Positions 1 to 8,202 of a stretch of DNA of 64,000 bases are shown piece after piece. Source of the stretch: Eubacteriales bacterium (GTDB lineage: Bacteria; Bacillota; Clostridia; Oscillospirales; CAG-272); the NCBI GenBank assembly GCA_045539995.1, contig JAZQGJ010000028.1, positions 4,171 to 68,170 on the forward strand, given 5' to 3'. Made by a program: the position numbers and the translations under genes. The notes under the pieces were generated by a model that saw only the letters and a program-made list of their open reading frames with translations, was not told the origin of the DNA and did not search any database. Each line of letters begins with the position of its first letter. The first letter of the stretch is position 1.

Positions 1-14
1 TGGGAGAAACAAAA

Positions 15-701
15 ATGAACAGGCAGCTTGGTACTAAATGGTTTACATTCTACACAAAGGTTAGACCTTGGCTGGCGTGCCTTATGTCGCTTACCATTAT
101 CGTAGACTTCTTCCAATACATGGACGTATATTTTAGTTATTGGTGGATGTTATTATATTTTATTGCAGGCGTGGCGCAACCTGTGCTTGCTATAATGGTA
201 TTTGCTAAATCCGGTGGCGACTACGGTGATTTCGTTCGTTTCGTAAAAGGAGTCTTGATTTTTGAAACAGTGATCATGGCTTACGGTCAAGGAGTGCAGC
301 AATACATTGAAAACGGATTAGACCTCGGTATAGCATTAGTGGTATTTTTGGTGATTCTTATAGTTGCTTACTTCTTATGGTATCGATTGAATATAAAATA
401 TTTTGAAAAGAGAATTTTGAGAGAAGAGTCTGAAGCAGTTACCTATGATTTTAGTGCGGTATCCAGACCGCCTCAAATCTCCGATCCTAATGAAGTTCGT
501 AAAACATACGGTAATTACAACGTATATGGTAGCGACGTAAAAATTCAAACAGAAGACAAAAAAGAAAATACTGAAGTAGAAACTCCAGCCTCCCACAAGG
601 TTCAGTTTTGCAGAAAATTTGGTAATAAGTTGGCAAATGACTCGATTTTTTGCAACAAATGTGGAACAAGGGTGATTACTGACGACAAGCGAGGTGAATA
701 A
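15..701 (+). CDS. Membrane protein with 4 predicted TM helices and a C-terminal zinc-ribbon-like tail; function unknown
   Basis: 228-aa ORF. Hydrophobic segments include WWMLLYFIAGVAQPVLAIMVFA and LGIALVVFLVILIVAYFLWY. The C-terminal FCRKFGNKLANDSIFCNKCGTRV resembles the ribbon shared with the next three genes. Its stop is 2 nt before the next start. Confidence 0.7.
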   Translation: MNRQLGTKWFTFYTKVRPWLACLMSLTIIVDFFQYMDVYFSYWWMLLYFIAGVAQPVLAIMVFAKSGGDYGDFVRFVKGVLIFETVIMAYGQGVQQYIENGLDLGIALVVFLVILIVAYFLWYRLNIKYFEKRILREESEAVTYDFSAVSRPPQISDPNEVRKTYGNYNVYGSDVKIQTEDKKENTEVETPASHKVQFCRKFGNKLANDSIFCNKCGTRVITDDKRGE

Positions 702-703
702 CA

Positions 704-2152
704 ATGTCAATGCCTAAACGTATGACAGTTAACTGTTCAAAGTGTGGAAACCCAATAGCAGTTACAGCTTTTCAAAGCGTGAATACAGATTACGCAGAAG
801 ATATCGCTGAACAGATAATTAGTGGAGATTTGTTTAATGCCAAATGTGCGAAGTGCGGTTTTGTTTCGCACTTGGAATACGATATGCTTTATCATGATAT
901 GAAGCATATGGCAATGATTTGGGTTGTTCACAAAGAAACTCCCAAATATGCATCACGAGTCGCCGAGGCACGCGCTACAAGTTTTATTCCATACAAAACG
1001 ACGCGTATTGTAGAAGATATGAACGCACTGCGTGAAAAGGTAGCATGTTTGGAGCGCAATCGTGACGATCGAATTGTTGAATTATGCAAGGTGTTTACGG
1101 CGTACAATCTTTTAGCAAAACGCCCGGATTTTGATTTTAGAAATGCATTTTATACTACATACGATGGCAAAGAGTTCATTTTCCTCTATGATAACGAAGG
1201 AGAAGAGTTGACCTGTGAGCTCCCGGATAAAGCATATGACTATTTGAATGAACTTTATTTCAACAGTGATTATGCAAAAAACTTTGACGATAATTACGCT
1301 ATAGTAGATTATGAATGGGCTGAGCAAATCCTCATGCCTTTGATTGAAGGAGAAGGAAAAGCAGAAGCTTTAGAGGAAGATAAAGAAGTTACAGAAGAAG
1401 CGTCAAGCTGTGAGAATGAGGAAAAAAGTCTGTTCTGTAGAAAATGCGGAGCGAAATTGTTGGAAGACAGTGTATTTTGCGACAAATGCGGAACAAAGGT
1501 AATAACGCAATTTGAGCAATCTCCTGTATCACAGGAAACGACTACTCCTTCAGCAAATCAAAAGAAAGGCACCCCTTCTGTGTCGAGTCCCCAGCAACGC
1601 GCAGAAGCTGAATATCTTCGCCAAGCACAAATTCGTCAAGAACGTAATTTCGCTTTGGCAAAGCGTGTTGCTGCTACAGAGGTGGCAAACAAGAAAAAAA
1701 GAATAATCAAAATTATAATTATTTCCATTATTGTCGTTGCCATTTTTATTGGTATTATCTGTGCTGCTGTTGATAGTGCTCACAATAACGAATTGCGAAA
1801 TTTCGCCACGGAAACAATGAAAGACGAATACAATAATGTTTATGCCGATGTCGTTTCAATAGAACCTGAATATTTTGTGTATACATCAAATGGCTCAACT
1901 TATCGGGAAATTACAGAAGTAGTTTGTAGATGTAAAACCGTAGAAGGAAAAACAATTTGGGTTGTATTTTTTAGTTGGAAATATCCTGGCGGAAGTGCCA
2001 ACAAAGAAGATGCATATGAAACACTTACCTATTCAAAAAGCAACCCTGCAAGAATTTCTGGTTATGTTACAACTTCTGGTAGTGTCATAAAGCAATTGGA
2101 AAATTCCATCGGCGATGTTTTTGTACTCCGTGTGGAAAAGATGGAAAAATAA
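704..2152 (+). CDS. CpXC-domain, zinc-ribbon, single-TM protein with an extracytoplasmic C-terminal domain; function unknown
   Basis: 482 aa. The N-terminus VNCSKCGNPIAV...GDLFNAKCAKCGF...LYHD fits the CpXC pattern. There is an internal ribbon FCRKCGAKLLEDSVFCDKCGTKV, a basic stretch plus TM KKKRIIKIIIISIIVVAIFIGIICAAV, and a C-terminal domain of about 125 aa. Confidence 0.8.
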   Translation: MSMPKRMTVNCSKCGNPIAVTAFQSVNTDYAEDIAEQIISGDLFNAKCAKCGFVSHLEYDMLYHDMKHMAMIWVVHKETPKYASRVAEARATSFIPYKTTRIVEDMNALREKVACLERNRDDRIVELCKVFTAYNLLAKRPDFDFRNAFYTTYDGKEFIFLYDNEGEELTCELPDKAYDYLNELYFNSDYAKNFDDNYAIVDYEWAEQILMPLIEGEGKAEALEEDKEVTEEASSCENEEKSLFCRKCGAKLLEDSVFCDKCGTKVITQFEQSPVSQETTTPSANQKKGTPSVSSPQQRAEAEYLRQAQIRQERNFALAKRVAATEVANKKKRIIKIIIISIIVVAIFIGIICAAVDSAHNNELRNFATETMKDEYNNVYADVVSIEPEYFVYTSNGSTYREITEVVCRCKTVEGKTIWVVFFSWKYPGGSANKEDAYETLTYSKSNPARISGYVTTSGSVIKQLENSIGDVFVLRVEKMEK

Positions 2153-2173
2153 AACTGTTAAGGAGAGAAGATT

Positions 2174-2902
2174 ATGGCTACAAGGACAACATACACGTCT
2201 ACCATTACAGTTCCGGTATATGCAAGCTGGAAGTGTGAGGAATGCGGAGAAATCAATATTGCAACGGGCGTAATTGTTTGCAAACGTCAGGAAACAACAA
2301 GCTCATGGCGTTCTTCAAAACATCAAGAAGCGGAAGCAAAAGCGGCTAATAGGGCTCGTGCAGAATGGGCTGCGGATGCATATAAAATAATCAGCGATCC
2401 CAATCACAGCGGATCTGCAATGTACAGTAATTTGCTTCTCCAAAACACTAATTGCACAAAATGCGGAAAGAAACCTCGATGGAATAAAAATGTAAAATTC
2501 CTACCTTTGGTAGGCTTAGCTATGGTTACAGCGTTGATTAGTGGTATTGCCGCTTTTGCAACTTTGACAAGCGTTGTTGCTTGGTTGATTTTTATTGCCT
2601 CTGCTGGTTTTATTGCTTGGGGAATAGCAAGAGAAGAAGTATATAAAAAAATGATGGTGAAATTGCCTAAGGAGTGTACCCCTGTAATAGGCTCTCTTAA
2701 TGAGGAATTGATTGAATACGCCCATAAACTTGGAAAAACCATTCCCACACCCGACGAGTGCATTGAAATAGTAAAAGGTTTTTCTGTTAATGAGAAAATT
2801 GAAGGAAAAACAGCAGAATGTCGTTTTTGCCGCAAATGCGGAGCTCAATTAACGCCGGATAGCGATTTTTGCCATAAATGTGGAACGGAAATAGTAAAAT
2901 GA
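2174..2902 (+). CDS. Two-TM protein flanked by Cys4 motifs with a C-terminal zinc ribbon; function unknown
   Basis: 242 aa. SD aaggagag lies upstream. N-terminal CEECGEIN...CTKCGKK, TM pair FLPLVGLAMVTALISGIAAFATL and VVAWLIFIASAGFIAWGIA, C-terminal CRFCRKCGAQLTPDSDFCHKCGTEI. Confidence 0.75.
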   Translation: MATRTTYTSTITVPVYASWKCEECGEINIATGVIVCKRQETTSSWRSSKHQEAEAKAANRARAEWAADAYKIISDPNHSGSAMYSNLLLQNTNCTKCGKKPRWNKNVKFLPLVGLAMVTALISGIAAFATLTSVVAWLIFIASAGFIAWGIAREEVYKKMMVKLPKECTPVIGSLNEELIEYAHKLGKTIPTPDECIEIVKGFSVNEKIEGKTAECRFCRKCGAQLTPDSDFCHKCGTEIVK

Positions 2903-2930
2903 AACGCGGAGAAAATCTGGAGGTTGAAGT

Positions 2931-4400
2931 ATGATATGTAATAAATGTGGAAAGACGCTCCCGGATGACAGCACCTTCTGTCAGTTTTGCGGAAGTAAAA
3001 TAGAGACCATTCCAGCGCCGTCCGAGGATATATCAAGTGTTTCGAAAGAGGAAACCTTATCTAAGATTCTCGCCGCTGGAGTCATTGAAGGGCAAAAGGC
3101 TATGGAGGCCAACAGAGAGAACCAACCTCACAATGAGCTTGACGCTGATTTCGGGCTTGTGCCTCAAAAGCCAATTTATACAGTCGGTATTGATGAACAG
3201 GAAAAGTACCTGAAATCTCTCCGTACTATTAACGGCGAACCGATCAAGTGGAATCGCCGCGGTTCGATGAACGTGGATGGCGTCAACGGAATAGTTGATG
3301 TATACGATACATATTTACCGTCTGGTGAAGAATATAAAACCATTTATATGAACATGTATGGGGCTTCTAATTCAACATTTGCTCCAAAAGGTTTTTCGTA
3401 CACAAGCCAGTCCTCTGTTACGCCAATTAGCCCTGTAAAGAAGCAAAAAGTTAAAAAGACCAAAAAACTTAATATTGTATTAATAATTGCTGGAATTGTA
3501 GCTCTTGTGGCAATTCTTTGTATTGCTTTTGCAACGGGTAAATGCTCGCATCAATGGCAAGAAGCTACTTGTCTGAAAGAAAAGCATTGTATACTCTGTG
3601 GCAAAATTGATGGTTTAAAAGCATCGCATCAATGGCAAGAAGCTACTTGTCTGAAAGAAAAGCATTGTGTTCTTTGTGGCAAAATTGATGGCGTGAAAGC
3701 AAGTCATTCATTCTCTCTTGGAAAATGTTCTGGATGCGGAATATTTGATGAAAATTATTGTTCCGAGCATTATTATGCCCTTAGAACAGAAATGCAAACG
3801 ATGGAAAGCAAATTAAAAAGTATTGATTTTATAGAAGAAAAGCTTTCGCTCCTCCCAGATGATTACAAAGATGTATCCCAAATTAAAGATGATCTAATTT
3901 TTATAAAATCAAAATATGAAGTTTTTTCGGATGCATTGTTCAGAACACTTATGAAGCGATTTATGACCGACGCAACACAAGAGGAGCTGGAGGAATATTA
4001 TGTAGATTACGCTAAGGTAAGAAATTCCTATCTTTCATTAAAAAACAACGCTGACAAATATAAAAATTGGAATTTGAGTTATTTCGCAGACAACTATGTT
4101 TTTGATGGGGATGAAAATGGCATTTTACTCGCAGTTATTGTTGGGTCGTGGGAAGATAACAATGGAAATTTCATCAACATCGTTGAAACAGAAACAAATG
4201 ACCTAACTTTTGGTTCAAATTTGCCTAACGATAAAGACAACTCCAAATCGTATTATTACTTCATAAAAGGAAATATAATTGGATATGTGTCAAAAACAAA
4301 TGAAGAGGATACTATTAATGCTTATCGCATTGTAGAAATTGGTGATGATTATGTAAAAGTATTTTGCTTTAAAAATTCTCGTACATATACTCTCTATTAA
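2931..4400 (+). CDS. N-terminal zinc-ribbon, single-TM protein with extracytoplasmic Cys/His-rich repeats; function unknown
   Basis: 489 aa. SD ggagg lies upstream. N-terminal ICNKCGKTLPDDSTFCQFCGSKI, basic stretch plus TM KKTKKLNIVLIIAGIVALVAILCIAFA, duplicated SHQWQEATCLKEKHCxLCGKIDGxKA unit, then a C-terminal domain of about 220 aa. Confidence 0.8.
   Translation: MICNKCGKTLPDDSTFCQFCGSKIETIPAPSEDISSVSKEETLSKILAAGVIEGQKAMEANRENQPHNELDADFGLVPQKPIYTVGIDEQEKYLKSLRTINGEPIKWNRRGSMNVDGVNGIVDVYDTYLPSGEEYKTIYMNMYGASNSTFAPKGFSYTSQSSVTPISPVKKQKVKKTKKLNIVLIIAGIVALVAILCIAFATGKCSHQWQEATCLKEKHCILCGKIDGLKASHQWQEATCLKEKHCVLCGKIDGVKASHSFSLGKCSGCGIFDENYCSEHYYALRTEMQTMESKLKSIDFIEEKLSLLPDDYKDVSQIKDDLIFIKSKYEVFSDALFRTLMKRFMTDATQEELEEYYVDYAKVRNSYLSLKNNADKYKNWNLSYFADNYVFDGDENGILLAVIVGSWEDNNGNFINIVETETNDLTFGSNLPNDKDNSKSYYYFIKGNIIGYVSKTNEEDTINAYRIVEIGDDYVKVFCFKNSRTYTLY
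3546..3701 (+). repeat. 78-bp in-frame tandem duplication (2 copies) inside the 2931..4400 CDS
   Basis: Copy 1 is 3546..3623 and copy 2 is 3624..3701. The first 45 nt are identical and I count 6 mismatches in 78 by hand alignment. A degenerate partial third unit follows (SHSFSLGKCSGCG). Confidence 0.9.
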
Positions 4401-4470
4401 AGATAACTATGGTGGTTATCGTTAACTAAAGGTGATGCCGTGTCAATATCCATATAAGTAAAAACAAAAA

Positions 4471-4503
4471 GAGACGTTATTTTTGATAGCGTCTCATTTT
4501 TCT
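4471..4503 (+). terminator. Rho-independent terminator after the zinc-ribbon operon
   Basis: GAGACG (4471-4476) pairs with CGTCTC (4490-4495), followed by ATTTTTC. A preceding A-run could allow function in both directions. Confidence 0.7.
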
Positions 4504-4614
4504 TTGTATAAATTTTTTTGGTCCGGCGTTCTTTAAAAATTACGTTTTGGCTTTTGCTCTGTTCTGTCATAAAAAAGCCTTTATGCGAATAGAATTTAGA
4601 TAAGAAAGGTCGGC

Positions 4615-4863
4615 TTATTTTTGGGAGCCTGCGATTTTTTCGCGGCAGGCGCGGCAGACGTATTTTTCTTCAAAGGGCTGAAGGTCATCCTTGCCGGAGC
4701 AGAATACGCAATAGGGGACGTATTTCTTTACAAGTATTCCGTCTCCCGTAAAGAGAATTTCAACCTCGTCTCCGTTTTCGATAGACAGGGATTTACGCAT
4801 CTCCTTGGGAACGACAATTCTTCCAAGCTCATCTATTTTTCTTACAATACCGAAGGTTCTCAT
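4615..4863 (-). CDS. abrB: AbrB/SpoVT-family transition-state regulator, clostridial type with C-terminal CxxC...CxxC
   Basis: 82 aa. GIVRKIDELGRIVVPKEMRKSL is the SpoVT-AbrB swapped-hairpin motif. The C-terminal CVFCSGKDDLQPFEEKYVCRAC is as in clostridial AbrB proteins. Confidence 0.85.
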   Translation of the reverse strand: MRTFGIVRKIDELGRIVVPKEMRKSLSIENGDEVEILFTGDGILVKKYVPYCVFCSGKDDLQPFEEKYVCRACREKIAGSQK

Positions 4864-4900
4864 ATTATTTATTTTTCTCCTTGTAATCTTAATTTACTAA

Positions 4901-4929
4901 ATTATACCATATTCGTCTCAAAAAGTCAA
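4901..4929 (-). promoter_or_regulatory. SigmaA-type promoter for the abrB-like gene
   Basis: On the minus strand: TTGACT (4929-4924), a 17-nt spacer, then TATAAT (4906-4901), about 35 nt upstream of the SD aaggag. Confidence 0.6.
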
Positions 4930-4988
4930 TATTTTTTACAAAAAAATGTAAAATATTGTAAATTAAATTTTATTTTTGAAGGTAGTAT

Positions 4989-5585
4989 ATGCTCGGAAAA
5001 ACCTTTTCTCTTATGTGTATTTTATCCTTTGCCTGCGCTTTATATACGGGCAATATGCGCGCGCTTTCCGACGGCATTATTGACGGCGCTACCAAGGCGG
5101 TCAGCCTTACCATATCACTTTTTGGAGTTATGTGCCTCTGGTGCGGTATAATGCGACTTTTTTCGTACGTCGGTCTTATAGGGCGAGTGAGTCGCGTATT
5201 GCGTCCCTTTTTGCGCTTCGCTTTTCCGAAAGCCTCGAAGGATGGGCGTGGAATAGAGGAGATTACGGCAAATATAAGCGCAAATCTTTTGGGAATAGGA
5301 AACGCCGCTACTCCGTTTGCGCTATCCGCGCTCTCAAAGCTTCAGGAGGCGAACGAGGACAAGGAAAGCGCCTGCGACGATATGATAACGCTTTCGGTGC
5401 TTAATTCCTCCTCGCTTACCTTAATACCTACGACAATGCTTACAATGAGGCGGCTCTACGGCTCGCAGAACGCTTTTTCGGTGATAGTTCCCGTTTGGAT
5501 AGTCAGCTTTACCTGTAGCTTTTCCGCCATTGTTATATGCCGCATTTTCGCCTATTTGAGAAGAAAGAGAAAAAGAGGACCGTGA
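4989..5585 (+). CDS. spmA: Spore maturation protein A (nucleoside-recognition/Gate-domain membrane protein)
   Basis: 198 aa. Contains the GIGNAATPFALSALSKLQE motif, is polytopic, and is paired with a downstream spmB-like gene. Confidence 0.8.
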   Translation: MLGKTFSLMCILSFACALYTGNMRALSDGIIDGATKAVSLTISLFGVMCLWCGIMRLFSYVGLIGRVSRVLRPFLRFAFPKASKDGRGIEEITANISANLLGIGNAATPFALSALSKLQEANEDKESACDDMITLSVLNSSSLTLIPTTMLTMRRLYGSQNAFSVIVPVWIVSFTCSFSAIVICRIFAYLRRKRKRGP

Positions 5586-6106
5586 TAAATTATATTTCAT
5601 ATCTGGCAATTCCCACTGTTTTGCTTTTTGCGGCAATTATGATTCTTTTCATTAAGAAAAACACCTTTGACGAGTTCCTTGTGGGTATCAAGGACGGTAT
5701 GGAGCTTTCGCTTTCCTTAATGCCGACTTTCATAATTCTTATGGTCGGAGTTTCTATGGTCTCGGCAAGCGGGCTTCCCGAATTACTCGCAAAATACTTA
5801 GAGCCTGTCGGCGAAAGAGTGGGTGTTCCTGTCGAGCTTATCCCCTTAATTATATTGCGCCCCATTTCAGGCAGCGGCTCAAACGCGGTTTTAGCAGATA
5901 TATTTGAAAAATATGGCGCGGACAGCTTTGTCGGGTGCTGCGCGTCGGTGTTTATGGCGTCGTCGGAGACTATGATTTACGTCATAACCGTCTATTTTGC
6001 TTCCGTAAAGGTGAAGAAAACGGGCTACGCTATTCCCGCCGCGTCTATCGTTATGCTTATATGCATTTATCTTAGCTGCGCCGTTTGCAAAAGGATTTTG
6101 TTCTGA
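5582..6106 (+). CDS. spmB: Spore maturation protein B
   Basis: I moved the start to the GTG at 5582. It overlaps the spmA stop (GTGA) and has SD agagga upstream. Contains ILRPISGSGSNAVLADIFEKYGADS and is a polytopic membrane protein. Confidence 0.75.
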   Translation: MINYISYLAIPTVLLFAAIMILFIKKNTFDEFLVGIKDGMELSLSLMPTFIILMVGVSMVSASGLPELLAKYLEPVGERVGVPVELIPLIILRPISGSGSNAVLADIFEKYGADSFVGCCASVFMASSETMIYVITVYFASVKVKKTGYAIPAASIVMLICIYLSCAVCKRILF

Positions 6107-6107
6107 T

Positions 6108-7001
6108 ATGTTTTCGTCGAATACGGAAAAACTGTTTTTGTGTTTGCCTGCGCAAATTGTGAGGGAGATAAGAAGAATATCCGAAAGCTATACCGATTTT
6201 GAAGAAAAGCTTTCCGAAATAAGAATACGGGCGAAGAGGGTGTCCTCTGTAAATTTAAGAGGCAGAGTAATACCCATATCGGCGTCTGTCACTGAGGAAG
6301 AAATAAGAGAGTGCTTAAAACGCCTTTGCCGAGGCTCTGTATACGCTTACAGTGAATCGTTAAAATTCGGGTACGTAGCCTTTGAGGGCGGATACCGTAT
6401 AGGCGTTTCGGGCAGGGCGGCGTATGAAAACGGAATTATCTGCGGGGTGAGCGAGGTCTCCTCGTTGTGCGTTCGCATACCGCATAATATAAGAGGCGCG
6501 GGGAATATAGTCATAGACACCTTTGAAAAGTTGGGAGAGAGACAGGGAATTCTGATTTATTCCCAGCCCGGAAACGGAAAGACAACAATGCTGAGAGACT
6601 GCGCTCTCCAGCTTTCCTCAGGTAAATATTCAAAAACCGTTGCGCTTGTAGATACAAGAGAAGAGCTGTCGGGCGATTTTATAGGACGGGAATGCGCTAT
6701 TGACGTTTTAAAGGGCTACCCTAAGGCTGAGGGAATTGAAATTGCCACCAGAACACTTGCGCCCGACGTTATCATATGTGACGAAATAGGAGGGTATGAG
6801 GAGGCGCTTTCAATTCTCGAGACGCAGAGCTGCGGAGTGCCACTCATCGCCTCGGCGCACGCAGGAAGCCTTTCCGAGATTTTTTCGAGGGGCTCTGTAA
6901 AAATTCTTGCCGAAAACGGAGTTTTCGGAGCTTATATAAACGTGAAGCGAGAAAGTGAAAATAAATACACCTATACTGTGGATTACTCTGAATTGCTCTG
7001 A
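6108..7001 (+). CDS. spoIIIAA: Stage III sporulation protein AA (ATPase)
   Basis: 297 aa. Walker A SQPGNGKTTMLRD, Walker B VIICDEIGG. It is the first gene of an eight-gene block with spoIIIA order and sizes. Confidence 0.9.
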   Translation: MFSSNTEKLFLCLPAQIVREIRRISESYTDFEEKLSEIRIRAKRVSSVNLRGRVIPISASVTEEEIRECLKRLCRGSVYAYSESLKFGYVAFEGGYRIGVSGRAAYENGIICGVSEVSSLCVRIPHNIRGAGNIVIDTFEKLGERQGILIYSQPGNGKTTMLRDCALQLSSGKYSKTVALVDTREELSGDFIGRECAIDVLKGYPKAEGIEIATRTLAPDVIICDEIGGYEEALSILETQSCGVPLIASAHAGSLSEIFSRGSVKILAENGVFGAYINVKRESENKYTYTVDYSELL

Positions 7002-7019
7002 ATTTTTAACGTCGGGGGT

Positions 7020-7511
7020 ATGGTTATGTTGCTTAAATGGTGCGGTTCTTTGACGCTTCTTATTTTAACTCTTTATTTGTGCTATGAAGCAAGCGCTATG
7101 GAGAGAAGACGTGTGAGGCAGACGGAGGGCTTTTTGCTTCTCTTACGTCACATAAAGGCTCAGATATCCTGCTTTTGTACGCCTGTGCGCGATATTTTTT
7201 TATCGTTTGAGAATGACTCTCTTGAAAGGTCGGGCTTTCTCTCGGAGGCGAAAAAGGGAGATTTTGTTTCAGCCTTGAATTCGTGCAGGGATAAAATATA
7301 TCTTGACGGTGAGGAAATAAATCTTTTGCTTGCCTTCGGAGAGGAGCTGGGAAAAAGCTACCGAGACGAAGAAATAGAAAACTGCGATTATTATATAGGA
7401 GAGCTTGAAGCCTTATACAGCAAGCGAAGAGAAGAGCAACCGAGCAAGTCGCGACTTTATCGCTCACTCGTGCTTAGTTGCGGTCTTATGGTAATTATAG
7501 TTTTTCTTTAA
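7020..7511 (+). CDS. spoIIIAB: Stage III sporulation protein AB
   Basis: 163 aa with N- and C-terminal TM segments. Its position and size match spoIIIAB. An alternative ATG lies at 7026. Confidence 0.75.
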   Translation: MVMLLKWCGSLTLLILTLYLCYEASAMERRRVRQTEGFLLLLRHIKAQISCFCTPVRDIFLSFENDSLERSGFLSEAKKGDFVSALNSCRDKIYLDGEEINLLLAFGEELGKSYRDEEIENCDYYIGELEALYSKRREEQPSKSRLYRSLVLSCGLMVIIVFL

Positions 7512-7551
7512 TTTTGCCTACTATGGCACAAAGAGTAGTTCACCAAAGGGG

Positions 7552-7569
7552 GCTGCCGCATTCGGCAGC
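7552..7569 (+). promoter_or_regulatory. GC-rich stem-loop in the spoIIIAB-spoIIIAC spacer
   Basis: GCTGCCG (7552-7558), loop CATT, CGGCAGC (7563-7569). No U-tract follows. Confidence 0.5.
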
Positions 7570-7622
7570 TCCTATAAAACAAACGAAAAAAGACAAGTTT
7601 GAGGACAGGGAGAGAGACAAGA

Positions 7623-7817
7623 ATGGAAGTAGGACTTATTTTGAAGGTGGCGGGAGTCGGTATGCTTATAGCCGTATCTCATCAGATATTATCAAAATCG
7701 GGCAGAGACGAGCAGGCGATGCTTCTGTCGCTTTGCGGCATAATAATCGTGCTTATTCTTTTAGTACAGGAATTAGGGACACTCTATGACACCATAAGGG
7801 AAGTATTCGGGCTTTAA
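7623..7817 (+). CDS. spoIIIAC: Stage III sporulation protein AC
   Basis: I moved the start to the ATG at 7623 (SD gggagagag). 64 aa and two TM segments: ILKVAGVGMLIAVSHQILSKSGRDEQAMLLSLCGIIIVLILL. Confidence 0.85.
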   Translation: MEVGLILKVAGVGMLIAVSHQILSKSGRDEQAMLLSLCGIIIVLILLVQELGTLYDTIREVFGL

Positions 7818-7818
7818 A

Positions 7819-8202
7819 ATGGATATACAAAGCTTATGCGGAGTGGCGCTCGTCGCCGCCCTTTGCGCTATGATAGTCAAGGAATGCGGTGGGAAAATGT
7901 CTATGCTTGTAGGCATTATCGGCGGTCTCGTCATATTTTTTTACGCTCTCTCCGCCTTTTCTGAAATCTTTTCGTTTTTAGGCGAATTTACGTATGCGGA
8001 AAAGCTCGCGCCTTACGTAACTACAATTCTTAAAATATTGGTTATAGGATACTGCGTGAGCCTTACGTCGGAGACCTGTCGGGAGTTGGGAGAGGCGGGG
8101 ATAGCCTCGAAGCTTGAAATTTTGGGAAAGGCTGAAATGCTTCTTCTGTGTCTGCCTGAAATGAAAAAAATAATAGAGTTGGCAATTTCTATTGCCGAAT
8201 GA
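7819..8202 (+). CDS. spoIIIAD: Stage III sporulation protein AD
   Basis: 127-aa membrane protein that starts 1 nt after spoIIIAC. Order and size are conserved. Confidence 0.8.
   Translation: MDIQSLCGVALVAALCAMIVKECGGKMSMLVGIIGGLVIFFYALSAFSEIFSFLGEFTYAEKLAPYVTTILKILVIGYCVSLTSETCRELGEAGIASKLEILGKAEMLLLCLPEMKKIIELAISIAE

Noticed and set aside
4621-5151. 176-aa ORF on the plus strand
   Set aside because: It is antisense to the well-supported abrB-like gene and runs through the AT-rich promoter region into spmA in a different frame. It has no SD.
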